DNA of 64,000 nt from Saprospiraceae bacterium (GTDB lineage: Bacteria; Bacteroidota; Bacteroidia; Chitinophagales; Saprospiraceae): the NCBI GenBank assembly GCA_019187225.1, contig JABAQQ010000008.1, positions 16,601 to 80,600 on the forward strand. Direction: 5' to 3'. Shown in pieces: positions 35,296 to 45,272 of the stretch; the stretch's first letter is position 1, and each line of letters begins with the position of its first letter. The notes under the pieces are model-generated. The model saw only the letters and a program-made list of their open reading frames with translations, made no database searches and was not told the DNA's origin. The position numbers and the translations under genes are program-made.

Positions 35296-38200
35296 TCACT
35301 CCACCAGCACAAACCCCGCCCAATAGTATGGCCCCAATCCCGCCTCACGCATCTCTTGTTGCGCCGCTTTGAATGCGACAGGTATCTCCATTTTTCGCTC
35401 CAACCAATTCCTGTAAAATGCCGTCATCAGCCGCGCCGTCTCCCGATCCTGCACTTTCCACAAGCTCATCAGCAGGTATTTCGCACCTGCGATTTTGAAA
35501 GCGCGCTGCAGACCATAGACGCCTTCGTTGCCCTCGATGTCGCCCAGACCCGTCTCGCATGCCGAGAGTACTACCAGTTCCGTGGCCGACAAATTCATTT
35601 GGCTGATTTCATAGGCGGTAAGAATGCCGTCCTCCATGCCGGCCTTCACAGGCTTGCCTGTATTCCATGCGTGGTTGGCGCCTGCCAGCAAAAGGCCGGA
35701 GCGGATCATCGGATGATCGCTGATTTTGAAAGCAGGATCATTGCGGCCCGCCATCAACCGTCTGTCGTTCAACGTAGTATCTTTGGGATCGGGAAAGAAA
35801 AAGCCGTGCGTGGCCAGGTGAAGCACCCTGGGTGAGGGTTCATCCTGTCCGATTTGTTTAAATGATTCTTCGGAAGCGGAATATCCTTTTCGGACGACAA
35901 AGGGCATGCCGGCAATGCGCATAATACGACTAATGGTATCTACTTCCCGTGCGGATCCGGGCAAATAATACCAGTTATCGCCGCGGTGCGCAGAATCAGG
36001 AGGAGAAAAAGACACTCTGTCACGGCTGGCAACATTCTCCAGTCCAATCATATCAACCCGTGCAAGGGTGGCAGAGTCCATTTGATATTGAACCCCGCCG
36101 TAAAGCAAAGCGGTTTGATTGTGAAAAACATCCGGAGAAGGAATAACCAGTTGGCGCGTGCTGCCAATCTCGATCAGGCGGTATCGGTCGGCGAGGACGG
36201 AATCAGGACTGACAGGGATGGCATCGAAGTTGAACCGGTGAAGCAAGCCGGAAGGGGAAAAATAGATGATTTTTACTCCGGCGAGGTATTTTTCGAGGGG
36301 CTGCCAGAGGAGTTCGAACAGTGATTTTGTCGGTTTGTCAGGGTTAATGATACCGCGTTCGGCAAAGGTATAGAGGTCGTTGACATAATCTGCACGCCGA
36401 TCTTTGTGGAGTTGAAGAAGGGAGTCGAGCGCTCGTTCTTCAAAAAGGGCCACCAATTGAGGATGCGTATCGCCGGGGCGAAGCACCAGCGCAGCGTACA
36501 TGAGGCTGTCGCTTTTTTTAGGAGTATAATACTGGTAATGAATAAATTCGATGGCAGCCTCTTCTGGTTTTAGTCGCGCCTGCACTTCCCGCCAACGCAC
36601 TTGCCGGAGCGCGTCGTCAAAACCTGCAACGGTGCGAACGAGCTCTTTTTCAAGGGCATTGGTTTTTTCTTCGAGTCGAGCAATATTAACGCTATCGCGT
36701 TCTGCAATGGGGAGGGCATACTGGACGGCGAGACGGCGATGATATAGTTTTAAGAGGTCGAGCTTTTCTGCAATTATGGAGTCGGATAAAGCCAAACGGT
36801 TGATATAAACGACGCTATTGATGATGAAGCCTTTGAAAAACAGGATGTTATCATAACAAACATCAGACATGTTTAATTTGGCCGGGTTAAATTCCCTGGC
36901 GGCATTCTGAGAATAAGAGAACATCTGATCAAGTTTATTCACATAGCCCCGCAGGTATTGATACAACTCAATCTCCGTCAAATGATTAACTGATCGGGAT
37001 AAAAGCAATTGGGACAATTCGGAAGATTGAATAAATAAAGCGTCAGATTTCTCGGGTTCTTCTGATTGCCAATAATAGAGGGCTAAGGAATGTAAGTTTT
37101 CAACGTATTCCGGGTGTTCCTTTCCAAGAATTCTCTCCACTATCGCCTTCGATTCAAGAAAAAGAGGGAGTGCCTTTTCATGGTTTCCCATGTCCTCATA
37201 TAACGTCGCCAGGTTGAAAAGGCTCATGGCATAATCCTTGTGTTCCTTTCCCCATATTTTTTCCTGAATAGAATTGGCCTTGTAATAAAGCATTTCAGAT
37301 TTTCCATAGGCTTTCATTTTTTGATATAAAACAGCCAGGTTATTCAGGATCATCGCATAATCAGTATGTTCTTCGCCCAGAGATTTTTCAAAAGCAGCCT
37401 GAGATTTCAGATAATAAATTTCCGCTTTATTATAAGCGCCTTTCCTGTTATATAAATTTGCAAGATTGTTCGCACACCAGCCATAACGCGGATGTTCAAC
37501 ACCTAAAGCTTTTTCTATTATGGACATCGCCTCTTTATAATAAACCTCAGATTTATCATCATTTCCCATTTGCCAGTACAAAGATGCGATATTGTTCAGG
37601 CACCAGCCATATTCCGGATTTTCTTTTCCCAGTACCTTTTCATAAATAGCCCTGGAATCCAGATACAAAATCTCAGCCTCTCCGAACCTGCCCATACTCC
37701 TGTACAGATTAGCCAGGGACTCCAGGCTGGGGGCATATTCGATGTGTTCTTTTCCAAATACGCTTTCAAATATAGATTTCGATTCAAGATAAAAACTTTC
37801 AGCTCGATCATAATCGCAGTTTTTGTGATATAAATTTCCCAAACACTCCAGTATAGCTGCATAGGAAGTATGTTCTTTTCCACGTACTTTAGCAAAGATT
37901 TCCCCGGCTTCGGTGTAAAAGAGTTCAGCCTTTTCGTACAACTCTTTTTCAAAATATATATTTGCCAAATTTGCAGTGATTTCTGCATAACCATTACTTT
38001 CCTTTCCAGTCAATTTTTCCCAAATGTCTTTCGCAATAAGGTATATGGATTCAGCCTTATCCAGGTTTCCCATCATCCTGTATAGCACCCCGAAGCCGTT
38101 TAAGCAAATGGCATAATTAATACCATCTGTCTCCATTATTTTTTCATAGATGGCTTTGGATTCCAGAAAACGCTCTTCGGATTCCCTGTATTTACCTATC

Positions 38201-38583
38201 TTACAATAAAATCTCGCTATCGTGTTCAAGATATCCGCGTAGTAAGTATTTTCTTTACCCAGCAAGTTATCAACGATAGACAGGGCTTCAAGATAAACTG
38301 ATTCAGTTTCAGCAGGCAATTTTATATAATAAAGGACATTCCCATAATGATGCAGGCAGTTTATATACCATATATGGTTTTTCCCGAATACAGATTCCAC
38401 TTTACTTTTCGCTATTTCGACTACTTGCAGCGCCTCCTCGTATCTTTGCTTTTTTAATAAAGTCTGAGTTACTTGTAACAGGCTATCTACTTCCTTCGCT
38501 ACGCCCAACGAATCAATTGTTTGAGACAAGCCTGTTTCCGGTGTCATCAAAAAAAAGAGTAAAAACAGTAGTACAACTTTCAT
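35296..38583 (-). CDS. secreted TPR-repeat / CHAT-domain (caspase-fold peptidase) protein
   Basis: Signal peptide MKVVLLFLLFFLMTPETGLSQ. About 11 kinesin-light-chain-type 42-aa TPR units. C-terminal CHAT domain with His (LHLATHGFF) and Cys (LVVLSACETG). The start is placed at ATG 38583. Confidence 0.8.
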   Translation of the reverse strand: MKVVLLFLLFFLMTPETGLSQTIDSLGVAKEVDSLLQVTQTLLKKQRYEEALQVVEIAKSKVESVFGKNHIWYINCLHHYGNVLYYIKLPAETESVYLEALSIVDNLLGKENTYYADILNTIARFYCKIGKYRESEERFLESKAIYEKIMETDGINYAICLNGFGVLYRMMGNLDKAESIYLIAKDIWEKLTGKESNGYAEITANLANIYFEKELYEKAELFYTEAGEIFAKVRGKEHTSYAAILECLGNLYHKNCDYDRAESFYLESKSIFESVFGKEHIEYAPSLESLANLYRSMGRFGEAEILYLDSRAIYEKVLGKENPEYGWCLNNIASLYWQMGNDDKSEVYYKEAMSIIEKALGVEHPRYGWCANNLANLYNRKGAYNKAEIYYLKSQAAFEKSLGEEHTDYAMILNNLAVLYQKMKAYGKSEMLYYKANSIQEKIWGKEHKDYAMSLFNLATLYEDMGNHEKALPLFLESKAIVERILGKEHPEYVENLHSLALYYWQSEEPEKSDALFIQSSELSQLLLSRSVNHLTEIELYQYLRGYVNKLDQMFSYSQNAAREFNPAKLNMSDVCYDNILFFKGFIINSVVYINRLALSDSIIAEKLDLLKLYHRRLAVQYALPIAERDSVNIARLEEKTNALEKELVRTVAGFDDALRQVRWREVQARLKPEEAAIEFIHYQYYTPKKSDSLMYAALVLRPGDTHPQLVALFEERALDSLLQLHKDRRADYVNDLYTFAERGIINPDKPTKSLFELLWQPLEKYLAGVKIIYFSPSGLLHRFNFDAIPVSPDSVLADRYRLIEIGSTRQLVIPSPDVFHNQTALLYGGVQYQMDSATLARVDMIGLENVASRDRVSFSPPDSAHRGDNWYYLPGSAREVDTISRIMRIAGMPFVVRKGYSASEESFKQIGQDEPSPRVLHLATHGFFFPDPKDTTLNDRRLMAGRNDPAFKISDHPMIRSGLLLAGANHAWNTGKPVKAGMEDGILTAYEISQMNLSATELVVLSACETGLGDIEGNEGVYGLQRAFKIAGAKYLLMSLWKVQDRETARLMTAFYRNWLERKMEIPVAFKAAQQEMREAGLGPYYWAGFVLVE

Positions 38584-38910
38584 CTTAAAGAGGTTTTTAG
38601 TTGTTGGCAAAAAAATGAATTTGAGCAAAAGCCTGGTTGCGCCGGTAAAAGTAATAAAGCCGGTAAAAAGGCGCAACAGACATACCAATTGAAATTCCGG
38701 TAAAGTTCCTCCTGAATACCATGCGTACGGAACCACGGGTTATGCGGCGTCCGGAGTTGGCTTGCGCAAGGCAATGCGCAGAGTAAAAAGGCCAGGATTA
38801 TCAGCCATCCTTTGCTCACTTGTTAGCCGGGGATTTTTAATCCGGGAAATTTAAAGGTACGATATTAGCAGCGAAAGTGCGGGGCAACTCCTTTCTCAAT
38901 CGGAAACCGC

Positions 38911-40122
38911 TTAAGACATTGCGATCGCCTCCTCCAAATCCCTGATGATATCTTCCACATTCTCAATCCCCACCGACACCCGTATCATCCCGTCGGTGAT
39001 GCCGTTCTGCTCGCGTATCTCTTTTGGCACCGCGATATGCGAGCTCGATGCCGGGTGCAGGATGAGCGTATCCACATCGCCGAGTGTGGGCGCGAGGGTA
39101 CAGAATTTGATCCGGTTCATGCATCGTATCCCCGCTTCCAGTCCTCCTTTCAGTTCGAAACTCAACATCCCTCCGAAACCGCCGTTCATTTGGCGCCTGG
39201 CCAAATCGTGGTCGGGATGCGAGGGCAAGCCGGGATAATTGACGCGTTCTACGGCAGGGTGTTTTTCGAGGAACTCCGCCAGCGCGAGGGCGTTGGAGCA
39301 GTGCCGTTCCATGCGCAGGGCGAGGGTTTTCATGCCGTTGTGCGTGAGCCAGGCCTCGAAAGGCGAACAATTGGTGCCGGCGAGTTTCATGGCGCGCCAA
39401 ACCTGTTTGCGCATCAGGGTTTTGTCTGAGCCGAGGATGACACCTGCCGTGGAGTTGCCGTGGCCGTTCAAATATTTAGTGGTAGAGTGAATGATAAAAT
39501 CCACGCCGTGCGCGAAGGGTTGCTGCAACAGCGGCGTCGAAAATGTATTGTCTATCGCGCATAAGGCGCCATGCCGGTGCGCCAGATCAGCCAAAGCCCG
39601 GATGTCCACGCAGGCGAGCGTGGGATTGGCAGGCGTTTCGCAATAGAGCAAGCGGATGTTGCGGTAATGGGGGTCATTGGAGGCATTTTTCAAGATGCCT
39701 TCCACACGGGTCAAATCACGCAGGTCGGTCAGTACCGTTTCCACGCCGAATTGGCCGAACACAGCGGTCAGCAACTCCGTCGTGCCGCCGTACAAGTTGC
39801 CCTGCGTCAGTATTTTATCGCCCGCTTTCAGCACGCCCAGCAGCAGCGTGGAAATGGCCGACATGCCGCTGGAAGTCATCATGGCGTAGGCTTCGAGGCC
39901 GAGGCCGTGCGTTTCAAGATCGGCAATTTTGGCCGCTGCCGTGTCTACCGTCGGATTGGCGTAGCGGCTGTACACGTGCCCGCTTTCGATATTTTTGAAA
40001 ATTTCGATGCCCTGCCCGATGTCCTCGAAAGCGAACGAGGATGTGGCATAAATGGGCAGCACGTGCGGCGCAGTGGTGCGGTTGTCGGGGCGTTCCTTTA
40101 CGGTGAGTGAGTCTATGCGCAT
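38911..40122 (-). CDS. Cys/Met-metabolism PLP-dependent enzyme (trans-sulfuration family: methionine gamma-lyase / O-acylhomoserine sulfhydrylase type)
   Basis: YSRYANPT, IDNTFSTP, and PLP lysine in HSTTKYLNGHG. 403 aa. Confidence 0.8.
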   Translation of the reverse strand: MRIDSLTVKERPDNRTTAPHVLPIYATSSFAFEDIGQGIEIFKNIESGHVYSRYANPTVDTAAAKIADLETHGLGLEAYAMMTSSGMSAISTLLLGVLKAGDKILTQGNLYGGTTELLTAVFGQFGVETVLTDLRDLTRVEGILKNASNDPHYRNIRLLYCETPANPTLACVDIRALADLAHRHGALCAIDNTFSTPLLQQPFAHGVDFIIHSTTKYLNGHGNSTAGVILGSDKTLMRKQVWRAMKLAGTNCSPFEAWLTHNGMKTLALRMERHCSNALALAEFLEKHPAVERVNYPGLPSHPDHDLARRQMNGGFGGMLSFELKGGLEAGIRCMNRIKFCTLAPTLGDVDTLILHPASSSHIAVPKEIREQNGITDGMIRVSVGIENVEDIIRDLEEAIAMS

Positions 40123-40226
40123 GGTTATTTGTTAATTTGCTGATTGGGTGATTTGGTTATTTGTTGATTGAGCGAAAATCGTCCTTTTATTACATGTTGT
40201 AAACAATAGTCCGACCGAAACCGGCA

Positions 40227-40337
40227 CTCTGCGTTGTCCTGCTGTAAGCACCTGTCCGATCTACGTATTGCACTACATGATCTCATTCGCAGTTTTTCAC
40301 GTAGAGCGGACAGGTGTTACAGCATGACAACGTAGAG
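40227..40337. repeat. long imperfect inverted repeat (about 40-nt arms, 32-nt loop)
   Basis: ctctgcgttgtcctgctgtaagcacctgtccgatctacgt pairs with acgtagagcggacaggtgttacagcatgacaacgtagag, with a few mismatches and one indel. Confidence 0.85.
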
Positions 40338-40397
40338 TACAAATAAACGAGTAACATAGGAGGAAATCGCAAGTCTTAAGTCGCATTTCGTATGCCC

Positions 40398-41399
40398 TCA
40401 ATCCCCCGGCCAGAAATGCTCGCACACCTTTCGCAAGTATTCGCCCGGTCGGGCTTTGGAAGAGAGGAACAGCGCATCGCGGCAACCCATTTCATAGGGG
40501 CAATCGTCGAAGATGGCGTCGGGTTTACCGTCCATGTCGAGGTCGCCGTACCAGGAGAGCCGGACGTTGGGATTGAATTCTTCCGATTCGGGTCGTACCC
40601 AGGGCGTAAGGTCTTGTTGGCGTGGTGGAGTAGTAGTATAATCGAGCAAAGTCAATTTGTAATTTTCAACCTTCACATTGAGGTATTCCGAGTCATCCAT
40701 CCTGGCACAGCCGGTGGCGACGAAGATGTAGCTGGGTTTGAGCGTGGTATCATTGGAATCCATTTCACCGCCGGGATGGATGGAAAGCGTGCTGCCCGGC
40801 GCCAGTTCGCCGGAAAGGTACATGTCGCGCACTTCGAGGGTACCGAGCGGTCCGGCATAGCCGGTTTTCATAGGTTGCAGGCTACCGACGATGAATTTAC
40901 TCGCGTCTTTCTGGTTGGTTTTCAGCACTTTGACGTTTTCGCCGTAGAATTCGTTTTTTTCTTCCACGATACGGACTTCGATTTTGCGCAGTTCGTCGGC
41001 GAAAGAATCGCGCTGGTACACGCCGTACCAATTCAGCGGCGGCAGCGGGTTGTCATTCCAGAACAGGTCGCCCTCGTGGTATAGTCCGATCGTGCCCGTT
41101 ACATGCGCGCCGAAGACCCATCCGCTTTTGTCCTGGTGGCGCACTTTGAGCCAGGGGCCATAAGGCGAATTCGGGTCGGTGGTGTCGGCCTGCACCCATT
41201 GGCCATTGTTGTGCGCCTCCACAAAGCGCACTACCATTCCGCGGGTAAGCGAAGCGATTTTTTTCGCGTTTTTATCGGGCGCCTCGCGCATGTTCAGCGA
41301 GGTGGCGGTGACGACCATTTCTTCGGGGAAAAACTGCGATTGGGCAGGCGATTTTAATGTAAAAAACAGTAAAAAAGCAAGTGTGATGATTGATTTCAT
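40398..41399 (-). CDS. secreted SH3-domain-containing hypothetical protein
   Basis: Signal peptide MKSIITLAFLLFFTLKSPAQS and a bacterial SH3-like segment LNMREAPDKNAKKIASLTRGMVVRF. The longer ORF start is a translation of the repeat array. Confidence 0.6.
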   Translation of the reverse strand: MKSIITLAFLLFFTLKSPAQSQFFPEEMVVTATSLNMREAPDKNAKKIASLTRGMVVRFVEAHNNGQWVQADTTDPNSPYGPWLKVRHQDKSGWVFGAHVTGTIGLYHEGDLFWNDNPLPPLNWYGVYQRDSFADELRKIEVRIVEEKNEFYGENVKVLKTNQKDASKFIVGSLQPMKTGYAGPLGTLEVRDMYLSGELAPGSTLSIHPGGEMDSNDTTLKPSYIFVATGCARMDDSEYLNVKVENYKLTLLDYTTTPPRQQDLTPWVRPESEEFNPNVRLSWYGDLDMDGKPDAIFDDCPYEMGCRDALFLSSKARPGEYLRKVCEHFWPGD

Positions 41400-41410
41400 T
41401 GAGTAGAATT

Positions 41411-41551
41411 TAGACGTTGGATTTTTAGACGTTGGACTGTTGGACGTTGGACGTTGGACTATTGGATGTTGGACTGTTGGACTATTGGATGTTGGACTGT
41501 TGGACATTAGATGTTGGATGATGGGTGTTGGATAATTGGACGTTGGATTTT
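41411..41551. repeat. 7/8-nt microsatellite (ACGTTGG/ACTGTTGG/ATGTTGG), G/T-rich arm
   Basis: About 18 units, beginning 12 nt from the SH3 gene start codon. Confidence 0.95.
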
Positions 41552-41722
41552 AAGCATTCCATCAGGATTTTGGACGGCAAGTTCGTATCACATACGGGAG
41601 CGTTCAAAATAGTGTGCTATTCCGGATTACCTCAACACTGCATGACCGCTTCGCGGTCGGATTTACGGCGGTTAAAAAACAAAATGACACGCTTTTTGAC
41701 CACTCCCTCACATGCGCCCGCG

Positions 41723-41794
41723 AATCCAACAATCCAACGTCCAATAGTCCAACGTCCAGCGTCTAAAAATCCAACGTCCAACAGTCCAACGTCC
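41723..41794. repeat. same family in reverse-complement orientation
   Basis: aatccaacaatccaacgtccaatagtccaacgtccagcgtctaaaaatccaacgtccaacagtccaacgtcc ends 8 nt before the next stop codon. Confidence 0.9.
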
Positions 41795-41802
41795 TCAAAA
41801 AA

Positions 41803-42336
41803 CTATTTCAGCAACACAACCCGGTAACCGAACAAGCCGCTCCGGACAGGTAAAAATACCGTTTCGCCGGATTTCGTCAGCGGGTAATACGATTGGGTTT
41901 TGTATTGAAAACGGAGTTCCCGTCCTTTTTCTTTAACGATGAGATAGTAGCCCGTCGGTTTCAGTTTTTCTCCTTTCAAAATACCGTAATTGGAAGCGAG
42001 GTAGGGAGTTTCGGAGACAAACTCAAAAGATTGATGGCTGTTTTTTCCCAACGATCTGTTGAGCAAACTACCGAATAAGGGTGCAAACAACACGCTGAAG
42101 ATCAGGAGAAACAATACCTCCGGTAGATGCCGCTCCCAGGGCGTGAACCGGTTGCGCCAGCGCCACAGTCCACCCGTAACCAGCATCAATGCCACGAACA
42201 TTGAACCTAAAACCAGGCTCTTTGCTTTGATGGTATTATACAACACTGCAAACTCACGGACGTAAAGCCAGACGAGGGCGAAAAAAACGAGGACGGCGAG
42301 CAGCGCGAGAATTCGGGTGCGCATGGTATATCTCAA
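41803..42336 (-). CDS. hypothetical membrane protein (three TM segments)
   Basis: Clean 177-aa ORF with three hydrophobic helices. No family recognised. Confidence 0.5.
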   Translation of the reverse strand: MRYTMRTRILALLAVLVFFALVWLYVREFAVLYNTIKAKSLVLGSMFVALMLVTGGLWRWRNRFTPWERHLPEVLFLLIFSVLFAPLFGSLLNRSLGKNSHQSFEFVSETPYLASNYGILKGEKLKPTGYYLIVKEKGRELRFQYKTQSYYPLTKSGETVFLPVRSGLFGYRVVLLK

Positions 42337-42501
42337 TTATTTCAGATTCCGCAACACACGCTTGAGGTCGCGTTTGCTGTGAATGACCCGATGCACAATA
42401 CATTACTTTTTAAGCAGGACATACACCAATGTCAATGTTTCGGTATCGTCAGTTTGTTCAAGCAACTGATGGATAGACAATTTTAAATCGCGGGCGCTCA
42501 T
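42337..42501 (-). pseudogene. possible decayed toxin-antitoxin remnant (antitoxin N-terminus joined in frame, through a stop, to a ParE/RelE-like C-terminus)
   Basis: Hand translation gives MSARDLKLSIHQLLEQTDDTETLTLVYVLLKK-stop-CIVHRVIHSKRDLKRVLRNLK-stop. The first part looks like an addiction-module antitoxin N-terminus. The second looks like the (I/V)xRVxHxxRD tail of ParE/RelE toxins. Confidence 0.3.
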
Positions 42502-42580
42502 GAAATTTATATTTATTGACAAAAATAAGGGTTTCAATCCAATTTTTCCAACACCGGGCACACTTCGATTCCTCACACCT

Positions 42581-44518
<1,938 letters not shown>

Positions 44519-44911
44519 AGCGGGCGCAAAGGTAGGGATTCTGCGCTGCTATTCGGGTAGCGGCTCTACTTTCACATAATCGAAAAAAGGGCCTTGACGA
44601 TCGGTATCCGGCACCTTCCACCAGGTGTTTACTGGGTACAAATCATTGGAAACGACGGTATCCGATTCGGCAAGTTCATCAAACAGTAGAAAACATTAGG
44701 CCGATTATAACCGGGCAACTCGGGCGATCGCTCGTGGTGCCCTTTTTGTCATGAAAATCAATGTCATTTTATTGACACTGTTCATTGGCACACATCCGCT
44801 TTGTGTCCGGGTATACAATAGGGATCATTTCGTATTTTTGCGCCAACTTTCCGGCAATGAACATACCCGACGAAATGAAGGGTGAAACCGTCCCGAAATA
44901 GGTCTTTTTCA

Positions 44912-45235
44912 ATGATCCACATCACCGTCCTCGACCGCGAAGATACCCCCCACCAGCTCGAAGCCCCTACCGACATGGGGCTGAACCTCATGGAATTGTG
45001 CAAAGCTTACGAACTCCCGGTGGAAGGCACCTGCGGAGGAATGGCCCTCTGTGCGACATGCCACGTGTACGTGCTCAGCGACCACTCCTTGCCCGAGCCC
45101 AGCGACGACGAGCTGGCCATGCTCGATCAGGCGTTCTTTGTCAAGAACAACAGCCGCCTCGGTTGCCAGATAAAGCTCAAAGATGAACAACTGGACGGAT
45201 TGACGGTGCAACTCGCGCCCGTAGCAACGGATTGA
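44912..45235 (+). CDS. 2Fe-2S ferredoxin (adrenodoxin/putidaredoxin type)
   Basis: GTCGGMALCATCHV...(33 aa)...LGCQI. 107 aa from ATG 44912. Confidence 0.85.
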   Translation: MIHITVLDREDTPHQLEAPTDMGLNLMELCKAYELPVEGTCGGMALCATCHVYVLSDHSLPEPSDDELAMLDQAFFVKNNSRLGCQIKLKDEQLDGLTVQLAPVATD

Positions 45236-45272
45236 GGGGAGTGTAATGTCTTTGGAAAGTCCGGATCATATC

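Noticed and set aside
35296-38583. TPR-CHAT as part of a type III-E CRISPR (Craspase-like) or another defence operon.
   Set aside because: There are no cas genes, no CRISPR array and no nuclease or NTPase partner adjacent. The protein has a signal peptide and the neighbours are metabolic or lipoprotein genes.
38580-38819. 79-aa ORF starting with a signal-peptide-like MSKGWLIILAFLLCALPCASQ.
   Set aside because: The remainder is Cys/Phe-rich with no recognisable fold and overlaps the extended frame of the CHAT gene. It cannot be supported as a gene and is mentioned only as a possible remnant.
40123-40397. A SAM or other Met-related riboswitch upstream of the trans-sulfuration PLP enzyme.
   Set aside because: I could not find the conserved SAM-I core sequences or a comparable multi-stem junction. 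The region is dominated by one long inverted repeat.
44552-44695. 48-codon open frame on the minus strand (CFLLFDELAESDTVVSNDLYPVNTWWKVPDTDRQGPFFDYVKVEPLPE) in the ABC-F/ferredoxin spacer.
   Set aside because: It has no start codon, is bounded by in-frame stops, and I recognise no family. It is possibly a gene fragment, but that is unsupported.
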